Assembly (NCBI GenBank): GCA_043228905.1 | Contig: JBHGNT010000003.1 | Coordinates: 16,492,001 to 16,556,000, forward strand | Length of the DNA stretch: 64,000 nucleotides | Direction of reading: 5' to 3' | Origin: Azolla caroliniana | Taxonomy: Eukaryota > Plantae > Polypodiophyta | In this document: positions 51,137 through 64,000 of the stretch, in pieces | Numbering within the stretch: the stretch's first letter is position 1 | How the letters are laid out: each line of letters opens with the position of its first letter | Translations under genes and position numbers: made by a program | Notes under the pieces: model-generated | Seen by the model: the letters and a program-made list of their open reading frames with translations, nothing else | Databases searched by the model: none | What the model was told of the DNA's origin: nothing

Positions 51137-51761
51137 TGTGAAAGTGTTTTTAGAATTCAAGGTATTGAAGTCTACAAAAATATAAGGTATGGAGCATTCA
51201 CACCCGAAGGCCAAGAACACGAGCTAAGGTTTCAAGTATAAGTCAAACTAAAAGCAAGAAAGATGGAGAAAAGCAAAAGAAGGAAAAAGCAGTAAGAAAC
51301 AAACGCTCATAACTCTCTCGTTTGACACCCAAATATCACGTGTAAATATGGGTTAGAAAGCGTGTGAAGAGAGCTATCCGTAGCTTTTTAAAACTATAAA
51401 TTTGGAGCATGGATGAGGGAGATATGACGATTAGAAGATCGTTGTGTCATAGCTAAGAATAGGAGATGGAAAAGCTCTAAACAAAGCGTGGAAAAGAAAG
51501 CAAGCGAAACTTATCTACTAGAGGAGAACTTCATATAAAGCAAGAAGAGTGAGGTGGTGAGGAGAGCTTTTTTCTTGTGGTGTTTTTTCTTGCCTATTCA
51601 TGTAGTGCGTTTTTCTAGTGATCAATTCATCCTTGTAGGCTTGAGTTTATGTATCTTCTTTCTCTTGTTTCTATGATCATCACTCCTTATTAATATATCT
51701 TTGTAGATTTGGGTTTCTATATCTTCCTTCTCTCTCTTTTCTATCATCATCTCTCTTTTCA
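51137..51761. mobile_element. Solo LTR L (625 bp, K-related) at the end of A2 pol
   Basis: TG...CA, TSD CATTG 51132-51136/51762-51766; removing it restores PLQEYNVLKRG and the PPT. Confidence 0.83.
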
Positions 51762-53111
51762 CATTGTACTCTTGCAATGGAAAGTTAGGGAAGTTAGTTT
51801 TGCGATTATTTTCGTGTTCCCATGTGGCATCTTTTATTGATTTATCCATCCATTTTATTTTAAATTCTTGGATTTCTTTAGTACGTAATTTTTTTGTTTT
51901 AACATCGAGAATTCTTTTTGGTACATGTGGTTTAGAAGATAATTCTTCAGAAGTAACCAGAATTTCAGTTGTAATTGTATTGTCGCTATAACCTAGAAGT
52001 TCTTTTAGATGACTCACATGAAAAACTGGATGAATTTCAACACCATCGGGAAGAGTGAGATGGTAGGATGATGACCCAATGCGTTTGAGGACTGTAAAAG
52101 GTCCACAAAACCGTGGGGCTAACTTAGCGCACTTACCCTTAGACAATGTCTTAGAATTGTGAGGTACACGTAAAAATACCTTCTGTCCAGGGTTGAATAC
52201 ACGAGGTTGCCTATGATGATCGGCATAAAAACACGCTCTATCTTGAGCTGTTTTTATATTATCTCGTGCAATATGCAACATATCTTGTATATCCCGAAGA
52301 AAGTTTTGTGTACTTCGCAACTCATCATGATGTATATTAACATCAATCGGGGCTCGTGGTTGAAAAACCATACATCAACATAAAAGGACTATATCCCGTC
52401 GACGTATGCTTGGAGCTGTTATAAGCAAACTCCAAAATTGGGAGATAACGTTGTCGTGCCTTTCGGCTCCGGATCGTTGCGTGAGTCGGGTGGGAACCGC
52501 CGAGGTTTTGGACTAGGAGGAAGAGGAATACAACTTAAGGGTAGTTATGAATAGTAGATAGAGAAGTAGGATAGCAATCCCGTGAATCCCACGAGTTTAG
52601 TGTATTTAAAACAATATTTAGATTATAAGAGTAATTTAGATGGCAAAATTCGTGAATCCCACGAATATATTAGATTGATCCATCCTTGTATATTAATCAA
52701 CCTCCTTATACATATTTCTCTCCTCCTTATATAAGGATGGAAGAGGCTAAGCATGGCTTCATGCTTTTTCACAAAAAGTGTCCATGCACACTAAATGTGC
52801 ATGTGATGCTTTGTCATTTCCTAAGTATAGGGCTCATGCACGCTAGATGTGCATGAGTCACTTTTAATGTCACGTGTAAATAAAATATTCACACCCTAAA
52901 GAATACATGATTTTTACCTTTTAATAAAGGTATGTGAAAATAAAGGTCTTATACGTATTAAATCGATATGTATAACACTAAAGATAAGTTATTACAATGG
53001 TAAAGTTGAGGTTTATCTACGTGGAGGTGCAGGTTCGAATCTTGCCCTATGCACGTGATAAGTATTTTGATATATTATTTATTTATTTATATGTATCTAA
53101 AATCCGATATA

Positions 53112-55202
53112 TTATTTTATGGTTTTCATGTAGTGTGTGGAATACACTACGACACTCGCCCCCTCCGAACCCGCACATCCTCCGGTATGTGCCGAAGTTC
53201 TCGATTCCTCATATCCGTCTTCACCCAAAGCTTCCTTCGATTCTCCCCTGATGTCGACTATGAGTTGTAATTCACTTTCTTCGCTTCCCGCATCACCGTG
53301 GTCTTCGTCCGATTGCTCCTCGTTGTCGGCCTTGGCTTGGATCACATAGGGTTTGTCGTCGGTCCGCTTCTTGAAAATCTTCACCTGCTTCCCGGCTATA
53401 GGCACTCGTAGTATTGTTCCATCCAACTCGGACAATCGGTACGTTCCGTTGTCAAAGACTTTCCGAACCTCGTATGGCCCGAACCACCTTTTCACGAATT
53501 TCCGCATCGTTGTATGTTGATGGTCCAAACTACTGTCATAGACGATCACCCAATCACCTTTTTCAATCCTCCTCGGTCGTAGTCGGTGCTTTGTGTCGAA
53601 CCGGCTTTTGTTCCGGAATCGTGCTTCTTGTTGTCGGCGTATTGCTGCCGCTATGTCTGCCGGTCTTCCCTCTAGTTGTCGTATCCGGACCGCTAGTAGT
53701 TCTTCCCGGCTCATCTCTTCCTTCCACGGTAGCACTGTCCATGTTACGATCGCGGTTTCCGTCGGCATTACCGGTGCTTGTCCGGTCATGAGTTCTGCCG
53801 GCATGTAACCGATTACGGAGCTATGCGTCGTCCGATCCGCCCATAGTGCATACGGAAGCATCTGCGGCCAATCCTTCACCTTTCCATCGCATGCCTTCGC
53901 AAGTGCTTTCACGATCGGACTATGTCCTCGTTCGATTTTCCCGTTAGCCTCCGGATTGTATGCCGTTGTCAGCGTTAACCGCACTTCGTGTTTGGCGAAG
54001 AATCCCCTAGCTTTGTCCGAGTCGAGTTCTCCCCGGTCCGCAATTACTTGTCCTACGCACCCGTACCTGCAAAATACTTCCTCCAAAAGAAATTGGCATA
54101 CCGCGGAACACGTTTTCCTCTGAAGTGCTCGACCTTCTACTTGATTCGTGAGATCTTCCCGAGCTAATACCAAGTATTTCTTTTGTCCGATCCCGGTCGG
54201 CATGGCCACTATGTCAACCATCCACTTGAAGTTGATTGTCGGTGAGAATGTCGGATGTAACTCATCTCGATGTCGAACCCCGGAGTAGATTTGACATTTC
54301 TCGCAGCTTTCCGTGAACTCCGCGACATCTTTGTACATTTTCTTCCACCAATATTTTTGCTTGATCTTCACAAATGTTGCCCATGTTCCTCTGTGCCCAG
54401 CCCAATCAGATTCGTGAAACTCGAACATTATCCGGTTTCGTTGCTCTTTTGTCCCGACTACTCGAAGTGGTATACCATTCGGTCTTTTTGGCGCCCTCCA
54501 TATTAATCCGTTTTCCAAGAAGAACTTTTGGACTTGCCTCTTCTTCCTTCGGATCTCGGCTCTTCTTCCTTTATCGTTTGTTGAATCCTCAGCCTCTTGT
54601 AACATCTTTCCGATCATCAAGCTTTCTCCCTCGTATTCTTCTTCCCGGAATTCTTGGATTACGTTCACTCGGCATATGTGCTCCGATGCGAAGTAGTCTT
54701 CGGAAACTTCTTCATTATCCGATTCGGTTATGTCGTCTCCGAACCGAGCCCTTGATAACATATCCGCTACCGCGTTGTCCTTCCCTGAGATGTGTCGAAC
54801 CTCCGGATTAAGCGACTTGACATATGCAACCCACCTTAGCATAGCTACATCCGGTATCGTACAACACTGCATCATCCCGAGTATCGGAAGACAATCCGTC
54901 TCGATTACTACTTCGGCTCCGATCAGATAATCCCGATCCGATTTTATCGCCGACACGACTCCCCACAGTTCTCTTTTGACTTGTGCATATCCACGTTGCC
55001 TTTCGTTGAGAACCTTTGCTCCGAATCGGATCGGATACCGCGAACCATCCGAGTCGGCTTGATTGATGACCCACCCAATACCGGCTGGACTTGTATCAAC
55101 CGTTACTATGATCGGTCGGTCGTAGCTCGGCTTCTTAAGTGCTTCCGCCCTCCGAAGTGTCTTCTTCAATTTCTTCATGGCTTTGGTGTGTTCCGGTTCC
55201 AT
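53112..55202 (-). CDS. RNase H plus integrase of H2; the frame runs into the 3' LTR
   Basis: VTVDTS, RGYAQVKRELWG, HISGKDNAVADMLSR, H..H/C..C zinc finger, ADRGE, NPEANGKIERGH, WFGPY; stop lies inside the LTR. Confidence 0.88.
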   Translation of the reverse strand: MEPEHTKAMKKLKKTLRRAEALKKPSYDRPIIVTVDTSPAGIGWVINQADSDGSRYPIRFGAKVLNERQRGYAQVKRELWGVVSAIKSDRDYLIGAEVVIETDCLPILGMMQCCTIPDVAMLRWVAYVKSLNPEVRHISGKDNAVADMLSRARFGDDITESDNEEVSEDYFASEHICRVNVIQEFREEEYEGESLMIGKMLQEAEDSTNDKGRRAEIRRKKRQVQKFFLENGLIWRAPKRPNGIPLRVVGTKEQRNRIMFEFHESDWAGHRGTWATFVKIKQKYWWKKMYKDVAEFTESCEKCQIYSGVRHRDELHPTFSPTINFKWMVDIVAMPTGIGQKKYLVLAREDLTNQVEGRALQRKTCSAVCQFLLEEVFCRYGCVGQVIADRGELDSDKARGFFAKHEVRLTLTTAYNPEANGKIERGHSPIVKALAKACDGKVKDWPQMLPYALWADRTTHSSVIGYMPAELMTGQAPVMPTETAIVTWTVLPWKEEMSREELLAVRIRQLEGRPADIAAAIRRQQEARFRNKSRFDTKHRLRPRRIEKGDWVIVYDSSLDHQHTTMRKFVKRWFGPYEVRKVFDNGTYRLSELDGTILRVPIAGKQVKIFKKRTDDKPYVIQAKADNEEQSDEDHGDAGSEESELQLIVDIRGESKEALGEDGYEESRTSAHTGGCAGSEGASVVVYSTHYMKTIK

Positions 55203-56742
55203 TCGAATTTCTTACCTTTCCGCAACAAGTGGTAGAGCGGGTCCGCTATATGTGCATAGTGCGGAATCCATATGTGATAGAATGCACATGCACCGAGAAA
55301 CCTTCGGACTTCGGATGTTTACTCGCATACTTCCTCCATAGCTTGAATCGCATCGATCTTTGTTGGTGACGGTCTTCGGCCGTAGGGCCCACATAGATGT
55401 CCGACCACCAATATTTCTTCTTGCCCGAATGCCGATTTCTCCCCGGAAAGTGTTAGGTGCACATCTTCTAGCTTTCGCAACACTTTCTCGCAATCATGAA
55501 TATGGTCAACCACGAACTTTCGGCATCCCCGATCATCCATAGTCTCATCTTTTTCTTCTACCACGCATCCTTTCATCGGAATGTCATCGAGGAACGACAT
55601 CGTTATCTCCGGAATGCAGTCTCGAAGCACCTTGTTCATCGCGTTCATCATATGAGCAACCGAGTTTGTCGCTCCTTGTGGTAGTGTGCACATTCAGACT
55701 AATCCTATCGGTGTTCGCATGGTTGTGATGTCTCGGCTCTCCACGGCTAGTTGGAATTGGTCATATCCCAAGTATAGGTCTCCGATGGAGTATATCGCAC
55801 GACCGGCAAAAGCTTCTGCAAATTCGTCCACTATCGGACCGACTCCCGAGTTCCGGATCGTGACCTTATTTACCGGTTGCAAGTCTTGGATAAATCGGAG
55901 TGACCCATTCTTCTTCGGAACCGTAAACCATCGATTTGAGTACGGAGCAGTTGATGGCTCTAGAATACCCATCGCCACCTTCTCCTTGAGCAAGTCAATG
56001 ACTTTCGGAATATGCGCTTGTGGCACCGGAATCGGCTTCAGGTTCCACGGTACATGGTCAATCGTGAAGATCACCATCGGCTCCACTATTCTCGGATCGA
56101 CGCACCCTATCTCCCTTGATGTAAATGCAAACGCTTTGCCGTGTTGCTCCAACATCTCGCGAAACCGTTCTTCTTCTTTTTGTAATAGGAACCCAGCTCC
56201 ACCGATCCGAAGTTTCTTCCGGGTCTCATCCGTGAAGGCATGTCCGATATCCACGGACTTCCGAAGTGTCGGATCTCCCGAGACTTCTTTCCTCTTTTGT
56301 TCGCTATCGGCGGGTAGTGGTCCCGCGGCCGGTTTCACCTTCTTCTCCACGGTCTTGTATTTCGTACTTAGAATTGCTTCTTCTTTGCGGAGCGTATCCG
56401 GCTCCATTTTCGCAATGATCTCGTACATCTCGACCGATTCCACCGGGACTACCCGATTCCCTTGGCTTTTATCTTCCGCAAGCTCTTCAAGTCGTTGTAG
56501 CGTGCTCCCATAGAACACTTCTTCGACTATCCCCATGATTTCTTCATCTTCTTTTATTATTGATGCTGACTGCAACTTATCCTCCACTTGTCGGTATCCT
56601 TTCTTCAATCCTCCGGTTACGGTCGTGTACGTAGATGCCCCATCCGGACCGATTCGTACATGTTTTGCTCCGAGAGTTTTCTTCCTGTGTGGGGTATCAG
56701 GGCTTCTCGGACTATCACTTCCCCACTCCGCAACAGACCGCT

Positions 56743-57144
56743 TTAAAAATCCATTCTCACTTGGGACAAGAGTTCCCTCTTGTTCCTTTCGTGATTTTCC
56801 AGCACCGTTAGGAATTGGACGGATTTCCCACCGTTTTGGCTCCGAATTCGCGCAAAAGCCGCACCGCTATCGAGCACCTTCGTCTCCATCCGTGATGCCG
56901 TGATAAAGGATTGGCCGAGGATGACGAAATGTGAAACCTCATCTTGCACGAAGAAATTTTGGTCGATCTCGACATCCCCGATCTTCACCGTCACATCTGG
57001 ACAAGCCGCAAATAGATCTTTCGTTGCTTTGGTGGCCGCCCGAATCTTCCATCCATGGTTGGTGTTAATAGGCCACTTCCCCTTCCGGTAGAACTCCTTG
57101 GACATCAAGTTGATCTCCGATCCGTGATCAATCAATGCTAGCAC
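56743..57144 (-). pseudogene. Aspartic protease of H2, ending ...MDF* at a slippery site
   Basis: ALIDHGSEINLM and VILGQSF motifs. Confidence 0.87.
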
Positions 57145-60100
57145 GGGTTCTTTGACGTTGCCGATTCGGACCGGAGTCTCCGTAGTCGCGCGTGCCCAAT
57201 GTGGCTGGCCTTGTATAGTGGGAGTTTGGAATTTCGTCCTCCACTTCGGTGTCGTTCATTAAAACGGTGTTCGCATTCACCCTTGGAGCATTTTCCTCCG
57301 TACTTTCTCTTTTTCATTTCACAAGATCCACGAGAAGATCGTGGAACTCCTTCTTTGCTATTCCGAGTAGCTCCCAAAGCGAGAAATCTACCCGGCTATC
57401 CAAGATTCTTTCCTCGAACACTCTTTTCAAGTCGGTTTGTTGTTCTATGTCCGAGGCGAGCTTGAATGCCGAAGTCGCCTTTTCTTTTCCCTTACCTCCG
57501 GAGTTCCAGCTTTCCGGTATCTTCGATGGCCCGGCCGCATCCTCCGTGCGTCGTCGTTTCTCGTCCACATACACCTTATGCAATTGACACAGGGCGTATA
57601 CGCTATTCTTGTCGACAGGGCACTCCCATCCCGTAGCTTCCCGGACGCCTTCCGCAGTGCTTCGGATCTCGTTGGAGTCGGTTTTCTCGGTGTTTTCTAG
57701 AACTTCCGGCCAAAAAGACGTCTTTGCGCTCGATGACTCCCCGACACATATTCCCGCGGTTGTCGCATAGTTGCTTCTTGCCGCCAATTCCTCCTCGAGC
57801 ACCTTCTTCATGCCGCCTTTCCGGAAGTTCGGTCGGAGTGGCTTCCGAGAGTCCATCGAATGAATCCGGTTTCCCTCGTAGTAGATGAGATCCCATCGTA
57901 GCGCCTCCTTATGCTCGTCGCAATCCCTCCGATCGTGTTCGGTGCTATCGCACCATATGTACCGTCGGTCAGTATACTTGGAGCTTGTGGGGCGGTCATC
58001 CGACTTCTTCACCATCGCGATCTTCAGATTCTCCATCTCCTTCAATAGTTGCTCCACCGTAGATGCATTAATCCCCTTCTCGGTTGTAGTCTCCCGAGCC
58101 CTCGGTTGATGGTCTTCCAATCTGGTTCTCGGTTTCGGAATCGGTTCTGGAACCCTCTTTTCCTCATTGGCAAGCCATTGCCCCCTCCTGGTGTATCGCG
58201 CGACGATATCCTGCACGCTTTCCCATGTTTCGGTGAGGCCACTCTCCGTGGTCGTGTCCTCCAAGAGCACTCCGAGATCTTTCCGGTCCCGGACGTCCAC
58301 GGCTCGCAAGAACATGATCACCTTGTCCGGTACGAGGATAGTTTGATCCCTCGCGGACAACCTCCCGAACCGGCTTTCGAATGCCAAAAACACATCAACG
58401 ACCTTCAATCCCTTGTCCGGCGTCTCCACCCAATCTTTGAATCCCCTTCGCGTCGGCTTGGAGGAATCCTCGATGGCGAACGTCCTCTTTAGCTCTTCTT
58501 CAAACGCCTCCCATGTCGGATTTTGCTGTCGTAGCCCATGGATGCTTGCTTGAAGCCCGTCGGTCGCCACCCGGTTGAAGGACGTCACTTGCAGTCCTTC
58601 CGATATTCCGCACCGTAGCATCTCCGCCTTGTAGTCTCGAAGATACCGCGACACGTCTTTCCCGTTGAATTGCCCGTTTCATTGCACGAGCCGCTCCATT
58701 GATGCCTCTATCTCCGACATCGCGCGTTGTTCTTGTAGCATGCGCTCGAACATCATCATCATGTTGCTAGCCTCCGGTTGATTTTCCATCTCCTTGTCAC
58801 CCGGTCTTCATGTCGGGTTCACCAATTGTGTCGTGCCTTTCGGCTCCGGATCGTTGCGTGAGTCGGGTGGGAACCGCCGAGGTTTTGGACTAGGAGGAAG
58901 AGGAATACAACTTAAGGCTAGTTATGAATAGTAGAAAGAGAAGTAGGATAGCAATCCTGTGAATCCCACGAGTTTAGTGTATTTAAAACAATATTTAGAT
59001 TATAAGAGTAATTTAGATGGCAAAATTCGTGAATCCCACGAATATATTAGATTGATCCATCCTTGTATATTAATCAACCTCCTTATACATATTTCTCTCC
59101 TCCTTATATAAGTATGGAAGAGGCCATGCATGGCTTCATGCTTTTTCACAAAAAGTGTCCATGCACACTAAATGTGCATGTGATGCTTTGTCATTTCCTA
59201 AGTATAGGGCTCATGCACGCTAGATGTGCATGAGTCACTTTTAATGTCATGTGTAAATAAAATATTCACACCCAAAAGAATACATGATTTTTACCTTTTA
59301 ATAAAGGCATGTGAAAATAAAGGTCTTATATGTATTAAATCTATGTGTATAACACTAAAGATAAGTTATTACAATGGTAAAGTTGAGGTTTATCGATGTG
59401 GAGGTGCAGGTTTGAATCTTGCCCTATGCACGTGATAAGTATTTTGATATATTATTTATTTATTTATATGTATCTAAAATCAGATATATCATTTTATGGT
59501 TTTCATGTAGTGTGTGGAATACACTACGACAACGTTCCCATTTTGTTGGTTTTGCACCAACGTATGCTCGAAGCATGTCCTCAATAATTTGATTTACTCG
59601 TTCTGTCTGTCCATCGGATTGAGGATGATCCGTGGAGCTCATGCTCAATGTAGTTTCTAACTTCTTAAACACTTGTTTCCATAAGTCACTAGTAAACTTT
59701 GGATCTCGATCACTCACAATATCCATCGGTAACCCATCAAAACGAAATAACTCGTCAACGAATTGGTAAACCAATTTAGGAGCTGTTACTGTGGTTTTAG
59801 TAGCAATAAATCTGGCCATTTTAGTTAGTCTATCAACCACAACCCAGATGGTATCATGGCCTTTTTGGGTACGAGGAAGGCTAACAATAAAATCCATGGA
59901 TATACTTTCCCAATTATTGTTGGGAATGTCCAAGGGATGTAAAAGTCCCGCGTCTTTAAGTCGCTCAGCTTTGTTAACCTGACATTGGTGACATTTAGTT
60001 ACATAACTATCTAAGTCAGGACACATCTTAGGCCAATAGAATTAAGTGGAGATGAGAACGAGTGTATGATGTATTCCAGGGTGCCCCGCTGAGGGTGCAT

Positions 60101-63100
60101 CATGGCATTAAAAAATAATTCTCTTTTTGACCTCAGGCAAATCTAGAACACAAACCTTCCCGTTACGGTAGAGCAGACCGTTAGCAATGTGGAAGTATTC
60201 CTTCAAGGATGTGGTGGTGTCTGTTCCAGACTCAACTCTTGCCCAGTATTTCGCAAAATAATTGTCATCAGGATACTTTACTCGAAGGTGATGATAAAGA
60301 TATGATGTTATTTCAGTGAAGCTAAGAATGTTAACTTCATGGACGCGACTTAGTGCATCAATGACAGTGTTCATGGAACCTTTACGATATCATATGGAAA
60401 AATCAAAGTCCTAGATGAGATCAGCCCATCCTACCTTACGACCTTTCAGGTCTTGTTGGTCACAAAAATATTTCAAGGACTCGTGGTCCGTAGTTACCAC
60501 AAAGTGATTTCCATAAAGATAATGATGGCATGTTTTTAGTGTATAACTACAAATAACTCCTTTTCTTGAATGGTATACTGACATTGAGCAGAATCAAGTT
60601 TCTTACTCTCGAATGCTATTGGTTTACCATCTTGATATAAGACAACACCTATAGCATAATCGCTTGCATTGGTTTCAACCTCAAAAGGTTTTGAAGGTTC
60701 AGGTAAAAGAAGTGAAGGAGCCTTGCACACCAGATCCTTGAGTTCCTTAAAGGCGAGGTCTAGTGTAGCATTCCAAACAATAGGTTTTGTAGACTTATGC
60801 GTTTGACCTTTTAGAAGATCAGTAAACGTCGTTGTTAATTGGGAGTAATTACAAAGGGATTTTCGCAAAAACCCGACAAAACTAAGGAATGATCAAACTT
60901 CTCGAATATTCCGAAGAGTGGGCCAAAGCTTGATTTTCTTGATGTGAGAAGGATCAATTTCAACTCCTCGTTCAGTTATGAGATGTCCAAGATAAGTAAT
61001 TGATTTCTTGAAGAACTCACATTTTGAGATCTTCACATAAAACTGTTTGTCACACAATTTTTATAAAACAAAGCGGACATGTTTAACATGTTCTTGTAAT
61101 GTATGACTATAAACTAAAATATCATCCAAGAAAATAACGACAAATTTTCCAAGTTGTTCTCGGAAAATGACATTCATTTCTTGTTGAAATGTAGCTGGAG
61201 CATTGGTCAAACCAAAAGGCATAACCAAAAACTCATAATGGCCATAACGCGTACGAAATGCTGTTTTAGGAGCATCGTCCTTACTTATACGAATTTGATG
61301 GTAGCCAATAGGAAGATCAAGTTTCGTAAAATACCGAGCTCCCTGGAGACGGTCAAATAGATCGTTAGCCCAGGGCAATGGATATGAATTCTTGATCGTC
61401 ACTTTATTCAAGCGTCAGTAATTAATACACATACACCATGTGCCCTCTTTCTTTTTAACTAAGAGAATTGGTGCACCCCATGGAGATCTACTATAACGTA
61501 TATAACCCATTCGTAAATAGTCCTTGAGTTGCTTAGATACCTCATCCTCTTCGAATCGACTTAAGTGATAAGGAGGTATACTTATTGGTGCAATGCTAGG
61601 TACAATATCTATACGATGGTCTATATTATGTTTAGGAGGTAACCCATCTGGTAGTTCACTCGGAAAAACATCACGAAAATAATTTAAGATTTCATCAAGT
61701 TGTTGTTCAAAATATGTTAATTGAACCGAGGCATTATCGATATTGTAAACGTCAATGTCCGGATCAAGTACACAATAAAATAGAGTAGAACAAGACAACT
61801 CGGATATTGATGGAGAGGAAACAATCGAGAGGGATTGTTTTTTTACACATTGAATAAAATGAGTACAATCATTTAGTACAAAGGAAATAGAATGATGAAC
61901 CCAATCAATAAATAAAGAAGAGTTTTTATTATAAAACCAAGGATAACCCAGTATTACATTAGTGGTACAAAGATTCATTACATGGAAGTCTACTTCCTCT
62001 ATATAAGTATCAATAGAAATTCCTAATGAATGAATCACTCCGTTGATGTATTGTACTCTTCCATCAGTCAAGTGCACCGTATAGGTGTGATCACTTACGG
62101 TGGGTTGGATTCCCCATATCTGAACCAAACGATCATTCACAAAATTGTGTGAGCTTCCCGAATCAAACAGAAATTGTATGGGAGATCCATTGATATACTC
62201 GTTTGGACGTAGTAAATCATTGGGACCCAATACATAGTGAGGGAAAGAACTTTGACAATTACTTAAATGATGTGTATAGACCTGAAGGACATTAGGAAAT
62301 TGACCTTTATGGTCTGCAGCTTTAGCTTTGTTGTCGTGCTCTTTCCGTTGAAGCTTTCAACATTGGTCTTTTGTATGACCTTTCTTTTTGGAGAATACGC
62401 AAAAAGGATGTTGTCGCTTACAATCACGATCCATGAATTTGTTGGGTGTCTTGCGTTTCCCAGCGAGTTGCGACTACTTAGTCCCAAGTGCTTTGTTGGG
62501 TTTGTTGTGGTCCTTCTTCGAAGTGCATTGATAACGAAGAACTATTTCAACGGCCTCTTCGAAGGATTTTGGATCCTTATCGTGCACTATCCAATGATAG
62601 TCCGAATTGGGGATGCCATTGACAAAACAAGCTATTAACCAGTTCTCCCCTTGTAGACCCGATTTTTGGATTTGGGTTCTAGCATGGTGGACATAGTCTT
62701 CTAGTCAAGAAAATTTCCTGCTAGAGAGGTTCATTAAAGCTTGAGCTACCTCAGTTCGAGAGGGGAGTTGCAAAAATTGGCCCTTAAAAACTGTGACAAA
62801 ATCTGTCCAAGTATCGGGCAATTTCCCCAAAGTTCGGAGCCCATGCCACCAGGCGGTGGGCTTACCCCCTAGTTCTCGGCCGACATATGCAATCTTCGTA
62901 CTATCTGGCGTGGGATAGAGCTCAAACTGAGACTCCCATCGGCCTAGCCACGTGTAGATTGTTTCTTCAGTTCTTTCCTTTTTATCTCCCCTAAATGGCT
63001 TAACGACAAACGATGGTTCACCCTGTCGCTCATCAGGTCTATTAGTCTCACGTTGTAAACTAATGACACGTGCCTCGAGTGCACTTTGAGATTGCCGAAG

Positions 63101-64000
63101 TTCAGTCATCTGTTGAGTGGTGAAACTAAGGTATTGGGTTATTTGTGAAAAATACATCTCAATGGACATTTGTTCAGGAGGATTTCCTTGAGTTTCTTCC
63201 GTTTGAATGGATGACATCGGGTTGTTATTCTGAGCCATTAAATGATTATTTTTGGCAAAGAAATAGGATAAGGTCAAACAAATAGTCATAAAATCATGTC
63301 GTGATGTAAACATATCATGGGCAAATATTAATCGATATCATGATCTCACATCAATACCCCTCTAGATGTATGAGATGAGGTTCAAGATTAGGTTACTATG
63401 GTAACACAAAGGTGTTTTAAAAACCATGGGGGTGACAAATTAATGTCTTTCCCTGATCTCTATATTGATTTTTTTCATGGCGGCTCCCCGAGGCTCAACC
63501 ATGTATGTTCGCGTCATGAATAGTCTATACACGAAAAAAATGTTAACAATAAACTATGTTTCGGTGCCCACATATGTAGTTTTGGCTCTTTAAGTCATAT
63601 TACGAGGGCCCCGAAGTGCACTTAGACCTCAAGTCTAAACATGTGTTATAGTCATATGTATCAACGATGTTGTATGGTCTTGGTTATATTTGAACTCGAG
63701 ACCTCGAGTAAAAATGCATTAAACACTTGAGCCAACCAAGTAGGTTGCTCTTCTTGAATGTTTAATGTTTCATGCGTATAAAAGATATGCAAGGCATTTG
63801 CCCATATATGTTTTTTAAAAGAAACATATATGTCAAGAGTCCTTATTTCCCCCTCGTTTACTACAAAATATGTTGGTACGTTACCTAACCTCAAGTCTTG
63901 TAATTACGATGGCATACGCCAAAGTGCAACCTAATGGTCTAGCCAAATGAGCCCTCTTTTCGTAGTAGGCCCACGTGGCCCATCACATGATTACGTCATT

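Larger units (their letters stand above)
52452..59531 (-). mobile_element. Full-length Ty3/gypsy element H2 (703-bp LTRs 52452-53154 and 58829-59531)
   Basis: TSD ACGT; tRNA-Trp PBS; gag 57314-58795; protease ALIDHGSEIN; RT RFIQDLQPVN/TLPQGATNS/FLDD; RNase H-integrase 53112-55202; a few frameshifts. Confidence 0.95.
49960..64000 (-). mobile_element. Chromovirus A, copy 2 (3' LTR 49960-51114; chromodomain/integrase, RNase H, RT, protease, gag), containing insertions Q, L and H2
   Basis: PPT AAAGAGGGGAG next to the LTR; GPF motif and chromodomain (RILD...FKIKW...ATWE) 51770-52371; integrase 59536-60026; RNase H 60536-60868; RT 61061-61411 ([13 protein letters not shown]); gag 62705-63313. Confidence 0.94.

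Overview
Eukaryotic, gene-poor, heterochromatin-like DNA from a land plant. The retroelement lineages suggest a non-seed plant such as a fern, lycophyte or bryophyte (inference). About 97% is nested, mostly decayed retroelements. Letters are my own labels. Ty1/copia: B 3869-8935, C 9018-12451, D 12452-13730, E 14368-17991, F 17992-38569, D' 38570-42196, P 43568-45718. Ty3/gypsy: chromovirus A twice (1-3868 and 49960-64000), Tat/Athila-like M 28944-37779, tRNA-Trp-primed H2 52452-59531 and its gag-only relative H1 20855-24438. Also a non-autonomous element G (18997-25675), six solo LTRs, two tail-to-tail L1-like LINE remnants, and one apparent non-TE gene 3' end (13915-14367). Most nesting is fixed by target-site duplications (TSDs) read from the sequence. 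Main findings: (1) a tRNA-like A-box/B-box cassette near the outer end of the LTRs of H and J (G partial), pointing outward; (2) G's primer site is complementary to its own predicted transcript start (Tf1-type self-priming); (3) the two A copies carry the two halves of one insertion junction, implying a duplication with about 61.5 kb spacing; (4) a GGATTTT -1 frameshift with a possible pseudoknot between protease and RT in H2; (5) 4-bp CG-centred TSDs; (6) a 56-bp-period hairpin array in A's leader. All was read by eye and no database searches were run.
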